NCBI GenBank assembly: GCA_951406725.2
Contig: OX597819.1
Span: forward strand, 116,560,001 to 116,624,000
Direction: 5' to 3'
DNA length: 64,000 nucleotides
From: Octopus vulgaris
Taxonomy: Eukaryota
Shown here in pieces: positions 1 through 14,227 of this stretch. The translations under genes were made by a program, and so were the position numbers. The notes beneath the pieces were generated by a model. That model saw only the letters and a program-made list of their open reading frames with translations. It had not been told where the DNA came from and searched no databases. Numbering within the stretch: the first letter of the stretch is position 1; the number at the start of each line of letters is the position of its first letter.

Positions 1-185
1 TATGGGTAGTAAAAACATAGGTATTTCGTCTGTCTTTACGTTCTGAGTTCAAATTCCGCCGAAATGACTTTGCCTTCCATCCTTTCGGAGTCGATAAATT
101 AAGTGCCAGTTGCGCACTGATAACGGTCTAACCGACTGGCCCCCTCCCCCAAAAGTTTTGGCCTTGTGCCTAGAGATGAAAATAA
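1..185 (+). mobile_element. tRNA-derived SINE family A, 3' part (end of tail-A unit, then core plus tail-B unit)
   Basis: B-box-like GTTCAAATTCC and core GCCTTCCATCCTTTCGGAGTCGATAAATTAAG; reverse complement of the copies at 1422-1821, 12240-12642 and 27180-27779. Confidence 0.85.
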
Positions 186-1421
186 TATAGATAGAGCTTT
201 GTATATAATACATATACAATACATATATATCTACACGCGAAGTTGTGGTGATCTGGGAGTTGTCCTTATCCATATGTCGCGCAGTGGCTAGATTTAACAA
301 ATTGAGATATGTTCCGAAGTGCTGGAGTTGTGATATTGAGCATCACGAGAAAGAATGTGGCATATTTTTTGTTAGTAAAAGTAATGCAACCATTTTCCAC
401 GAAAATATATATAGGTCTATCAATATGAAGCAACAACCGCTCCTTAAATATCTAAGCTGAGAAAGACATTAATGTATTTTTAGCTGAATGGTTTGGCTCT
501 ATTAAACTAGAATGCTCCATTTTAATCTTCACGGCTTTTACTCACAATCAAATATTAATATATAAACTAGCACAACACTTTTAATAATCATATTTTTTCT
601 TTCTCCAAATGATGATGTCATAAAACATGTAAAATAATTTCTGAAGATATTTCTTTAAAAAGGATGCAAACTAGCAGACACACCGTGATGACTGAATGTA
701 GACAAAAATTACTTTTTTTTTTACTAAAATTCATATCCAAAGTGGTCGAGAGATACACCGGGCTTTAAAAGCAAAATATTACAACAAGCAGATGGAAAAT
801 GCAGCACAAAAATATTTTGCGGACCACAATGGACAAAAGGAGAAAGAAATGAATTCTAAAAGATATTATTTCGCACAACCTAAGAAATAATTTGAAAATA
901 TCTGTAGCAGCAACAACACACGCTCGGATATTTTAAATCATACATGTGTTATTTGTGTTAAGTATAGTTTTGTTTCTCTCGTGACACATAGAAACATTGT
1001 ACATTTAGCATTGATCTAGGAGAAAGAAAATTCTTCAGAAAATTTATTAAAAACATTGTCTCTTGGCAACATGGTTTCATCTGCAAGAGATAAAAAGTAA
1101 TAGTAATATCCTAACCGTGTTGTATAAAGGATAGTGTCCTTATCGAATTACATAAACGTCCAATAGTTAATTAAAATAAGAACTAGATGGGGAAGTGTCT
1201 AACAGGCGATTTAAAGTCTATTTTCTGTCAAAAGCGACGCTTCAGCTAATACACACACTCAAACTATTATGTTCAACAGTATCTATATCATTCGGCTACA
1301 GTGTATAGAAGAGTAGCGACAGGAGATAATCAAAATCATGTGTATCCGAAGTTAGTTATCATTTATTATCGCACTATTGATGGTTTATTAAAGTAGGGCC
1401 TAAAAATATATTTCAAATTAT

Positions 1422-1821
1422 AATCTTTTCTACTCTAGGCACAAGATCCGAAATTATGGGGGAGGGGGCTGTCGATTACATCAATCCCAGTACGCAATTT
1501 GTACTTGATTTATCAACCTTGACAGGATGAAAGGAAAAGTCGATCTCGGCGGAATTTGAACGCCGAATATAAAGACAGACGAAATACCTATTTCTTTACT
1601 ACACACAAGGGGCTAAACACAGAAAGGACAAACAAGGACAGACAAACGGATTAAGTCGATTATATCGACCCCAGTGCGTAACTAGTACTTAATTTATCGA
1701 CCCCGAAAGGATGAAAAGCAAAGTCGACCGCGGTGAAATTTCAACTCAGAACGTAACGGCAGACGAAATATAGCTACGCATTATCGCCCGGTGTGCTAAT
1801 GTTTTTCAGCTCGCCGCCTTC
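1422..1821 (-). mobile_element. SINE family A dimer (head + core/tail-A + core/tail-B)
   Basis: Minus strand starts AAGGCGGCGAGCTG and has two core units joined at GAAATACCTATTTC (1581-1594); flanked by a TSD-like ATATTTCAA(A/G)TTAT at 1408 and 1822. Confidence 0.88.
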
Positions 1822-4800
1822 ATATTTCAAGTTATTATAAAACCTTCTTTTTCCAGAATATGTGCATTATATCTAACCGACTAAATATATTTAGTTAAAA
1901 ATCCAAACTTTATATAAATTAAATAGTGAGTGTTAAACGATTAGAGACTCAATCCAAACTCTAATGAAACTATTTAATGCATTTTAGTGTCAAATTATAT
2001 TTGGTCATTTCCATGAGAAAATATTAAAAGGAACCAGTGAAAACGGATTTTCACACACAATACGCAGATATATACACATATACAATATCATATACTTAAG
2101 TATAACTTCTTTTTTTAAAGAATCTGATCTTTCTCGTTCCATGCGTGTTTTTTTTTTCTGTCTTATGTAATTTTATTTCTAGTTAAACATTTTGGCTTTT
2201 GCTATTTTGGTTAGTAAACGGCACCTTGATTGTTTTCTCTTTTGCTGTTAGACTATATTCTACCTACTCCACACACTTCATCCGTATAACTTCTTTTAGA
2301 GTAAACTTTTTATGTATACCGAAACATATAACTCATATATGTTTATATTTATGTATATGAGTGGGTGACAGTGAACATCAGTAATAATATCAGGTAAAAA
2401 GGATTGCATGACTGCTTGGGTTGAAGCTAAGAAACTTTGCTTTTGAACGAATATAATGCATTAGGAATGGTTATGGACCACATTAATATACATACTCACA
2501 GTTCCGTAGTGGCTGAAGTGGTAAAAATGTGGGCCAAAATAAATGAAAAACGAGAGTACGTTACTGTTCATCAAATACGCCCTGATCAATGCACTTGAAT
2601 TCTAATTAAATGACCAATTCAACAGTATAAAACATTTGCTGCGCAGTAGAGAAAACTAAACGCGTTAACCAATGAAAGATTTCGGTCTTGCTTTTTGTCA
2701 TAAGTCACCTATCTGCTTGACAAGACATATGGTTCAAATTCATCTCAAAACCCGTCTACATACGCATCACAGCAAATATTTCAATGTTCAGTGAGCCATC
2801 TTCTCCCACATTGTTAAATATGATTTAAGGAACTATGAACATCTTCTTCTACCAGGGAATTATGAACAACCTCTTCTACCAGGGTTGATAATAGTGCTTC
2901 GAATCGATTGACGCCAATAAGATTGAAAACAATTGCCTCTCTCATAAATATATGGCATGACTCACGAACTGAGGATACGATCTCTATCTGGCAATGTAGG
3001 AGTATTTCAATTGAAGCTAAATAAGGTTTTCATGAGTTTATGAGCACAACGAACAGATGCACTGTGTATTAAAACGGGAGATATATGCGCTTTGATTGCA
3101 GATTTCGATTAAATTCCTTATTTCTTACAGTACAAACATTTTAAACACGGAAATAGCTATTTGCATTTTTCTACGAAGTGTAAATAATATGAATGAGGAT
3201 TTATATTGAATCCTTATAACGAAAATTAAAAAAAAACAGCGTGGAGTGTACAATGATATGGAGAAATCGTATATTACTTGCATTCGTGTTATTGATGTAG
3301 GAATAAACACTGTAAGCTTTCGCCTGGTGAATGTCGAACTCATGACGCTTCTAAACGACACTAAGAAAATTGATACGTTTAATCAAACTATCGTCTATGT
3401 ATAGCAGCCTTTTGTAATATCTATATTATGATTGGGTCCAGCATCAGGAATATCGCTATGCAGAAACTATATACAAAATTGATATTTCACTTTTTACACA
3501 TATATTTGATATAATGCATTATGGGACTTGATGCGTGACTTTTCCAAATTTAATGTGAATCAGAATGAAAAGAATAATGAGGAAATGTGTAATATGCTGC
3601 TGATATGAGATTTGGGGAAAACTTTCAGAAGTTAACATATAATTGTAATGTGCTGTGTAGTTTTTAGGGGATTTTTTTTACTGTTTTTCTTTTTTTCTAT
3701 TCCAGTATGTTCGAAAATAAAATCTGGAAAGGAAGTAAAATTATTATAGGTAAATCAGATGAAAAAAGCGTAAAAAAAGCAATATCCGTATATGAAATCC
3801 CAAAGGGGCTTTTTGCGAATGAGGTAAAGTAAAAAAATATTTGTAGGTGATGTTTTTTCTATTGTTATTACAATATAACATATACACATTAAATACAACA
3901 CACAAAACGCAATAAACAAACACACAAATATAGACACATTGCTGGATATGTCTTTCATTTTATATTTTTTTTCAAAGTAGTTTGTACATTTACACATGTA
4001 TTTCATGTATTTGTATCGTAGCATATCTCCTGAGATGGCATTATTATTTATATATTTTAACATGGCGGTGTAACTTGAATATTAATAATTCAATAAGTGG
4101 ATATAAGCAGCATACGCTAAAGTAAAATAGCTGCAAGGATAAAAATGTAAATCTGCTGACATATATGAGGCGAGTTCACGTCATTGTATCTTCTAGCAAG
4201 CTAATGAAAACTGACCTTACAATCCATTACTTTAATGTCGATAGCGCAAAGAAAGTAATACCTCTATTGTACCAAACAATAGAGCCTAAATAATATCAAA
4301 TACTGCATCGTTGTAACATTTTTTTGAAAATTCGTATCATTGTTTGATTTCCTCATTATTTTTACACCCATTATTTAAATATAGGTCATGACTTTAACAT
4401 TGTGCACTATGAACAATGGATACTGTCTTTTATCAGCGTTCTTTTATTGTTTCTTTTATAAGGACTCCATTCAAGATTCAAATTATTTTATGAAATGAAA
4501 GATTTGTTTTTACTAATTTTAGCTATTGATGTTTAATAGAATATCTAAAACATCTAAGCAAAAACAAAGTACGAGAATACAAAGTATATACTTGCACTGT
4601 GAGAAAGAGACAAAAGAGCATTAACCGTCGTTTCGGACTGTAGTGCTTTGTCGTAGGAAAGAGAAAAACGAATTTAAATGGGGTAAAAGGTTACGTGCAA
4701 AGGAGACAAAGCAGAAGCATCTATGAATGAATGAAGAACGGAAAAGGAGAGGCAGCAGCGTGTAAAATGGTGCTTCGCAGCTAAAAGACGACAAAATGGA

Positions 4801-5098
4801 AGATGAGAAAGATGAGTAAAGAACTGAGAAAGTGTGAAAGGCTTGTATACGCATGTGCGTGGAAATGCGTATATGAGAATAAGAATGTGATTTGTGTCAT
4901 CTAATGTTAGTGCACGCAGGTGTATCTACCTATCTTGTTTCTTGCTGCAGGGTGTTTCTCTCTCTCTCTCTCTCTGATTCTCTGTCTATTTCTCTCTACC
5001 TTTCTCTCTCTCTATGTGTTTTTACACGCACATGCACACACATTATATATATATATTTATATATATATATATATAAATATATATATATATAATTTTAC

Positions 5099-5139
<41 letters not shown>

Positions 5140-6089
5140 TATACATACATATATGCGTGTGTGTGCACGGGTTATTTTTTCTCTATGTGTACGCATGCAA
5201 AAAGCATGCTGTATGATAATATCCATAGATAGATACATTATATTGATATTTATGGTATGTAATCATTGGAAGAGATTGTGAATGAAGACAAAGAGATGAC
5301 GACGGCATGCGTAGTTCGTGTCATGAACTCAGTAATGCAACTGCTTTCATTGACAGTGGAACCACCAAAGCTGTTAACGTTATAGATGATATAGGAAGTA
5401 TATAGCAGAGGCACGTGGAGTTGAAAATATGTGATTGGCTGAGTCAGGAGAAAACAGTTAAATCGACGTATGATCATGGAAAGCTGAGTCGTGCTAAAAT
5501 ATGAAGATTCGGATTGGAGGCGCACAGCGACGGCATGCCACAACAGCATCGCCATTGATGCAAGGTTGAGGTTATTAGTCAGTTATTTAAATACTGGACT
5601 AAACTATTGATCTTTCCATAAAGCAAAGAATTAAATCCATAAAACCGAAGATAACTAAAACTACTAACGCATTCTCTATGTACCTACGGAAAAGAACACG
5701 CATAAATATTCACACATACCTACAAGTTCCTACATACATGAATAAATTCTAAACAATAGCATAGCATAAATTTAATAAAAATTTTTCCGAACTGCCCCTC
5801 TATAACAACCCCACCCAAAACCTAAGTTCTAATCCTCTCAAACATATATGCCCAAGGAAGATTTTAGGTCTACAGAGACTATAGAGTGCCAAGATTAACT
5901 TCAATGCGCCGCATCCGTGGTTCGCTTGAATGAGCAAAACTTTGAAATTACGCTCAATAATACCCCTGCTTAAAAACAATGTGTTTATGAATGTGAGTGG
6001 TGTGCATGTATGTGTATGTGTGTATGTGTGTGTGTCTGTGTGTGTGTTTGTGTGTGTGTGTGTGAGTGTGGATGGACGGATGGTTGACT

Positions 6090-6121
<32 letters not shown>

Positions 6122-8160
6122 TTCAGGTTTGTTATGTCCGTAAGCATTAATTCATCTTCCTTTGTTAGGAATGTGTAAAAAGAAGGAAATATGTGTGCAA
6201 AAGCATTGTTGGATTTGGTGGATATTGTACGTTAAAAGTTGGCTCCTAGAAGAAGAATTATAAAGTAGATTGAGCTGACATCACACCAGCAAGCTAGATG
6301 GATAAATGTATTATGTGGTTTCAAGACAATTAATCCCATATAGTTTCGGTTTATTTGTTATGTCAGCACTCTTTCTTGAGTTACAGCAATTATAAGGATA
6401 TCATGTATAGATAAATATAAACCAACATATATGGCTATAAACCAATAGTAGGCCGACATAAATCCATTAATACAAAACATTAAAACCATAATAGTTATCA
6501 ATAGATACGTGTAAATATTATTCTAATAAGGTTGAAGTAAATGTAAGAAGCATCAGCTACTACGCAACAGGTCGCAGACAAAATAAAATATGCTACCAAG
6601 AGAATAATGAATAGTAAAAAACACGTGTATATTTCTATGGATAGTTGTTGACATATATGTACACACACACACACACAAAGACATACACACAATCTCACAC
6701 ACACATACATTTATATATAATTGTGCGTGCGTGTTCGTGTGCGTGTGTGTGTGTGTGTGTCAGAAACATTACTTTTAATTTGAAACAACGTTGTATTATA
6801 CTCCCATTCCTCTCTCTTAGAATGTCGGAAATTTTCCGTTCAGGCTAATATAATTATATTTTATATTATTATTTACAAAGTTATATGAATTATATTGAAT
6901 GATTCGTATGATACAAATTCAAAAAAATATCGACATTTTTCATGCAGCGTTTGAGAATTTTAATTAAATATGCATACTTCAGACTTTTGTTCCAATACAT
7001 TCAGTTTTTGCATATTAAAATAGGAAGCTCATTGAGGATTACGCATCTCGTATCTGCTAAAACGCTTTCATGTCTCTAAGAAACGAGGATTTGTTCTAGA
7101 CTAGAACAACTCTAGAAATGACAGGAATGAAAGTTCTACCATTTACTTACCTGTTGTTCATCGAGTAGACAAAATATTAAATCACTACTGCTGTGATCTG
7201 ACAGTCATTAATTACCTGCAGCATAATGTACAAATGACTACACAGCCAATGTCATTTTTATTTTTTTTAAAAATTGTTTGTCATTTGAAAGAGACTTAGT
7301 CTTTATTCTGAACACGCCGAGTACATAGATGAACAAGGATAGATTCCTAAGCCTGATGCTGGTCTCGTTTCATAGAAATCTAAGATTTCAATCCATTTAA
7401 TAACCTATTAGCATCTATATTTTCGATGTGCCATAAGCATAATATAAATGGAGAGTGTGATACATATCGTAGAGTTTTAGGAATGAAGATAAAATGCCAT
7501 TACTATTTTCTGTAAATAGAAGTAAACATAGGTGATAAATTTAACGAACGTTATCTATATATATACAGAGATAGATAGACACACTCATGCCTGTACTTAT
7601 ACACACACACACGCACACACACACACATATACACACACACACATATATATATATATACATATATATACATATATACATATGTATATATATATATATACAT
7701 ATGTATATATACATATATATACAGGGAGAGATAGACACACACATGCCTGTACTTATATATACACACATATATATATACATACATACACACACACTCATAT
7801 ATATATATATATATATATATGCATGTATCCTGCCGTTCTTCTTGTAGATATCTCAAATGTCATATCCATAACAAGTCTTTTGAAGCTTAGAAGGAAACAA
7901 GCAAATGGCCATGTGTAAACATGGAATTTTATAACGCACGAGTACTTTGGAATATGTTTTTTATGCATGTTGTTAACAAGCTACTTTGCCTATCTTAATG
8001 TGTTGTGGCTTACGATTCGGATAATGCAATTTTATGATACAAATAAAGCTATTTTCCAAAAGCACTAACTTCAAAAAGGGTTAAAATATATATTTTCCTT
8101 CTGATCTCTAAAATTCAATATCACCATTACTGTCATAGTATTATTATTGTCATTAAATTT

Positions 8161-8189
8161 CATTATTATTATTATTATTATTATTTTTA

Positions 8190-8235
<46 letters not shown>

Positions 8236-8240
8236 CATTA

Positions 8241-8281
<41 letters not shown>

Positions 8282-8345
8282 GTCGGTGGTGGCGGTAGTG
8301 GTAGTGCTGTTGTTGCTGCTATTGCTGTTGCTGTTGTTGTTGTTA
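8161..8345. repeat. (ATT)n followed by (GTT/GCT/GGT)n trinucleotide microsatellite
   Basis: Directly visible; source of the poly-Ile ORF artefacts. Confidence 0.95.
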
Positions 8346-8444
8346 TAAAACGTAAATATATTGTAGAAGAAGCTAGAAGATGCATTTACATATCTTTACA
8401 CATAAATCTCTTCTTTCCCTATCTCCCATTGTATCCAATGTATA

Positions 8445-8489
<45 letters not shown>

Positions 8490-8596
8490 GTGTGTATATG
8501 TTTATATATACACACACATATATATTATATATGTGCAGATATAAATATGTATATGTGTGTATATATATGTGTATGTATATATATATATATAAGTAT

Positions 8597-8660
<64 letters not shown>
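8445..8660. repeat. (TA)n/(TG)n compound microsatellite
   Basis: Directly visible. Confidence 0.95.
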
Positions 8661-8661
<1 letters not shown>

Positions 8662-8893
8662 GAAAGTGAGAGGTAGAATCATTAAAACATACATGATGTA
8701 TTATGCATTGGGTATGTATATTTGTGTTTTTCAGGTTTTCAGGGTACTTAAATTTGTTATATACTTATACGTTGATAGATGGGAACCCTTATCTTTACCT
8801 GGATACATGTGATGAGAATCAACATGTAAGAGAATAGTTTCATGAAATATTCTATAACATCAATAAATAATAATAATGATGATGATGATGATG

Positions 8894-8932
<39 letters not shown>

Positions 8933-10267
8933 GAAGTTTTAGGGGAAAAACATCAGTTGAAGGAAAGAGAACAAAAATTGCCCTGCATTCCCTACTGAGT
9001 AAAAGTTTCGTGATTGCTGAAAGATATGAAATTCGTTTGAAATATGCGAAATACATTTTGAAAAAATTCATGCATTATTTATAAACATTTAGTTTTATAG
9101 TAAAAAAGGGAATTGGATTCATTTAATATTTCATGCCTTTCCTCGTAACAATAACTGCAATACACCAAAGGAAATTTAAACAAACATACACAAATTTATG
9201 TGCAAACGATTCTGCATACTGTGGTTTATGTGGTTATGCTCATACATGTCAAAATGCGAAGAATATACAGATGGAATTTATTAGAGTGAAATAACCTGGA
9301 GATGTACACGAATATGAGTATTGAATCGATGGATACATAACAACCGAATAAGTTTGCACTTTCCAGGTAATGCATTTTTCAAATACGTTTGAAAATGATT
9401 TATTTTTCTTTTTGATGACTATAAACAAATATTGAAAGAAACGTCTATCATTGCAATTCTGGATAATGTTCATTATATTACTACGTTTTGCGTTAGATGA
9501 GTTCTCATAAAGTTGACCTTAGATCAATGACATTGCGAAGACCATATAAATATATAATATATATACGTTTACGTATGTCTCTACGTTTACATAGGTACAT
9601 ACATATACTCACAAATATATATATATATACATGGTTTCGCTTAGGCATATTGATACTAATAACCCGCTGTTACATCTCGATGTACATGTGTTTCAAAAAG
9701 GTATTAGTCAAGTGATAAGATTTTAAATAAATGGCCGGGGAATAAGAAATCATGGCATGCCCTCCATTAGTTTATATGTTTTTCTGGTCTAAAAGGCATT
9801 GCACTAGTATTATATATGTAAGTCTATATATAAATATATAAGTATATATATACACACGCACACACCCAGCTACACACACACACACATATATATATATACA
9901 TACATACATATATCCATACATAATACATACCTACACACACGCATACACGCAAATCAACACATATATAAAAAAAAACCTTTACCATTGACAAAGTTTTAAA
10001 CCTATGTAGGGAATGAATTAAAGAGAAGCCCCAACTAACTAGGACATTATACAAATGGTGTTACGAATTATCATGAAATTACTTAAGTTAAGGAGGAAAA
10101 AAGTATACATTTATTACTACTACTAGTAATAATACTCCATAAGTATATTTTTTCATAAACATAATATTCATATGATATTAAATATCACATGAGATATTTA
10201 TTACTTTTTGCTTGTGGGTGTGACTGTGTCTGTGTATTTGTGTGGTGTGTGTGTGTGCATGTGTGTT

Positions 10268-10311
<44 letters not shown>

Positions 10312-10502
10312 CGTGCGTGTGTGTTTGTGGTTCATTATTTGAAAGTCAAGAGATAATACAACAACTCTGCTTGCAATAGCAAACTGATTATAAGTGACTA
10401 TAGAACCTGCTTATAAAATGAATATTGGATGTATTATTATGAATGAATGAATATATGTATATATACATATACACACACACTTACACAAATATATATATAT
10501 AG

Positions 10503-10545
<43 letters not shown>

Positions 10546-10599
10546 GATAGATAAATAGATACATAGATAGATAGGTATGCGTATGTCAAATAAAGGAAT

Positions 10600-11145
10600 T
10601 ACTGCTTTGTTGCAATCCGAACTAGGTGAGGACCTCAGCGCGGTACCGCCGGAGGTCGGCGTAACTATCGGGCGCAAGGGAACTTCTCATGCCGTTTGAC
10701 AGTTTTTCGCTGATTGTCCTACTGGGCAGACATCGAGCGAAACTAAGCACCGCACTGTGAAGCTTGACATGACGATCGCTTTCAACCGGGACCGTTTCTG
10801 CCTCAGCCGCGAGTATCTGTGCCTCTGCCGCGAAAGTCTGCCTACCAACTGGTTTACTTTTCTTCCGGGACTTCGAACACGCTCCTCAGGGTAGATACGG
10901 TCATGCTATCTTCGACCGGCGTCCAACAGGGCGATCCATTGTGCACCCTTTTGTTTGCTCTTAGGGTAGACGGTATTGCCCGGAGCATCACGGCTCCCTT
11001 CAACATCTGGTACGTGGACGAAGCGGCGAAATTTGGGCCAGTAGAGAATGTCTATCACGTTCTCCGATTAGAGGTCCCCGCGCTATCGAGAATCGGCCTC
11101 GAAATAAACTCGTCGAAATCGGAGGCCATGAATTCTTGGAATTGA
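10600..11145 (+). pseudogene. Decayed reverse transcriptase fragment of a CRE/NeSL-type (RLE-class) non-LTR retrotransposon
   Basis: GC-rich island; motifs VKLDMTIAFN (xLDxxNAFN), SSTGVQQGDPLCTLLFAL and WYVDEA (degenerate YLDD), then L..IGLEINSSKSE. Confidence 0.75.
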
Positions 11146-12239
11146 AGGGAAAACAATGTAATCACCGTAAGGGTGAATGCAGACAAAACTGGTAGGGGTT
11201 ATAGGAGGGCAATATTATATCTAATATGTAATTTACTACACTAGATGGTATGTTATGAAAGATATAACACCCCATATAATTTCTTCCATCAAATTCAAAG
11301 TATACTATTATTTGTTTCCAAAATATTTAAATGTGCGGGTGATGTTATGCACGCAGGATACAATAAGGTCTAATCTATTATTAATTAGGTTATTTTAGTC
11401 TCTGTACTTACAAAATCTCATAAATTTCCATAGAACATCCGTATCTGCTCTCTTTATATGTTTGCACTCTCCACACTACATTCCGTTTAAGGCTGAATCT
11501 ACAATGTAAACGGTTTATTTGGAATTATGAATTGATACGGAATTAAGCTTATTCTCTAATGTACGGGATGGAAATGACAGAAACAGCTTGAATTGTTTTT
11601 TATATATTAAATGAGTCACTAATCTTCTGGTCAGCAGCCGTTAGTAGGACTATTTGACATCAGAGTAAAGAAAATATAAAAAATGAACGTGAAAATTTAT
11701 ACATATACAGGAAGAATGGCATCGTTAAATAAAGAAGTGAGCAAGATCATGGTCCTGCCAATTAGCACTTGGTTCTTGGGAATTATGACAAAGTATTTGA
11801 GAGCCAACCCTGGAAATCTTTATTTTAATCTGGAAGTAAGAGCATTAGAAAAACGTGTATACAGGACTCAGAAAGAATCAGTCAGACAACCTTTAATACA
11901 GCATGTGAAGAAAAAAGTGAATATAAACGCTTATATAGAAGGTACAAAATGTTTCTCATCATAGCTCACGAGTCGTGGGTCGATAGAACGTATAATTAAA
12001 CCGGACTCAAGAACAAAGCCGTGAAGCAACATAATAGCAACAACAACAATTATACCAAACCACTCTAATTTTGAAATAATACATGCATTTTGATAAGAGG
12101 TCAATTAATTTAGGTACTTGACTGATACCGTATTTTATTAAATCAGAAAGTCATAGTTGAAATCGATGGGATTTGAGCGCAGAAAATACAGAACCGGATG
12201 TAATGCCGCTAAGCATTATGTTAGTTCACAGCCTTACTA

Positions 12240-12642
12240 ATAATGGTTTCAAATTTTGCCACAAGGAAAGCAATTTTGGAGGAGGGGATAATACGATAAC
12301 ATTGACCCTAGTGCTTTACTGGTACTTAATTTATCGACCCCAAACGATGAAACGCAAAGTCGACCTCGGTGAAATCTGAACTCAAAACTTAATGACAGGC
12401 GAAATACCTATTTCTTTACTACCCACAAGGGGCTAAACAAAGAGGGGACAAACAAGGACAGACAAACGGATTAAGTCGATTATATCGAGCGCATTGCGTA
12501 ACTGGTACTTATTTAATCGACCCCGAAAGGGATGAAAGGCCAAGTCGTCCTCGGCGGAATTTGAACTCAGAACGTAACGGCAGACGAAATACGGCTACGT
12601 ATTTCGCCCGGCGTGGTAACAATTCCATCAGGTCGCCGCCTT
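12240..12642 (-). mobile_element. SINE family A dimer
   Basis: Same head, core and tail organisation as 1422-1821; junction GAAATACCTATTTC at 12401-12414. Confidence 0.88.
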
Positions 12643-13456
12643 AAACCGCCATAATAAAAACAACAACAGTAATGTTAACAATGGCACTAGTATATTTCTA
12701 ATCATGGTATATATATAAATCTATGAAATAGTAATTTGTTTCCAAATCTATATCAAAGATTTCAAATATCTTGCAATATCACTTTTTAAATAATTAATGC
12801 AATAATTACTTTACTTAACTAATTAATAATTCAATATATTCCACTAATAATTAATAATTGACTATTTACTTCTCTGCACGACAGTACAGAAGTACAGGAG
12901 CAAATTTGTATCGACAGATAAAAATATACTTTTTACAGTACTACATTTTTGTAGGCAAGATATGAGTGCAGCTTAGTATTCAAGAAGTAAATTATTGAGT
13001 ATTCCATAGTCATTTATTTCAATGTCAGTTGAGAATATGAAAACGTCGTTTAGCATTCACTGTCACATTTCTAACTTCAACTCTCGTAATTACAGATATC
13101 GTGAGAAACAGTATATCACTGCTTCTTTGTTTAAATAAAATTTATCCCCAGTGTATGTTGAAGCTAATTTCGTTTCCTTTGTGAGCTTATAGCTTCCTAT
13201 TTTATAATCGTCAAAAGAAAACAAAAAAAAACGCCATTTTGATATTATAAAACTTTGTGAAATCTCAGTACATGGGGAGGTTTATATGTGTATACGAGGG
13301 TAAATTTAGAAGCGAAAATCAAGTACAAGAGAGTGCTAAAAACCTCCTGGCTTTGGGTAAAAGAAACCACTCTGGTTCCGTCGACTTCGTTGTCGTGTCA
13401 TGTTCCATCAAATTTACTGTCATCGCATCAAGCTACACCACGCTCCATCATCTCAC

Positions 13457-14227
13457 CAGATGTTTTTTATCCGGCTCGGACGATGACTCGGAGAACGAGT
13501 GTTTTCGTACTTCAGAATCAGATGATTCCGATATCGATGATGATATTGTGGTGAATCGAAGGGACAAGCGAGCAGCAGCGAATGGCCCTGGACACCAGAA
13601 TGTCGTGTGGCGAGCGAGAGACAATTTCGAGCGACGGCATGGGTTTACTGGTACGCTTAGCATAAAGACAAACCTTAAACATGGAAGTTCACCATTGGAA
13701 ATCTTCCATGAGTTTCTGACAGATGAAATTTTCCAATATATTGCGGACGAAACGAAAACCTATGCTGAAAACAATCCCCAGCATGTCAAACCGAGCATGA
13801 CAGTGATTGGTCTCCAACTACAGTGAACAATATCAAAATTCTGCTTGCCCTGCTGATACTGATAGGCATCGTAAAGAAACCTATCCTGGTATCATATTGG
13901 AATCGGGATCCAGCTACGTGGACACCTTTCTTTCCGGAAATGATGCCACTTGATTGATCTTTGGCGCTTCTTCCAAATCTACGTTTCAACTCAGGCGAGA
14001 ACTAGGTAACAGGCTGCACAAAATAAGTCCTATTGTTGACGAAGTGGTTGAAAATTTTAGAACGGTGTATGTCTCCACACAGGACATTTATAAGGACAAA
14101 AATTTGTGAAAATTCAAGGGAAGGCTCCGATTCAAACAATACAACCCGACCAGCAGTCCCCGCTTTGGCGTCAAGGTTATATCTGGAATTACAAAATATT
14201 GGATCTTCCTGCATCTACTCTAATGTC
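13457..14227 (+). pseudogene. piggyBac (PGBD4-like) transposase pseudogene, N-terminal half
   Basis: Acidic N-terminus SDDDSENE..SDIDDD, then SPLEIFHEFLTDEIFQYIADETKTYA. After a frameshift: IKILLALLILIGIVKKP..SYW, RLHKISPIVD, KFKGRLRFKQYNP, FGVKV. Stops and frameshifts present; C-terminal part absent. Confidence 0.85.

Noticed and set aside
2490-2885. Possible Tc1-type MITE with degenerate TIRs and a 28-bp tandem repeat
   Set aside because: The TIR match is short and imperfect, with no clear TSD and no second copy in the window.
7141-7220. Minus-strand donor CAG|GTAAGT with a possible 47-nt micro-exon
   Set aside because: Weak acceptor, only one open frame and no recognisable peptide; cannot be supported without transcripts.
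4892-8694. Many 60-180 aa ORFs rich in YI/HT/CV/I repeats (here and throughout the window)
   Set aside because: They are translations of (TA)n, (CA)n and (ATT)n microsatellites, not genes.
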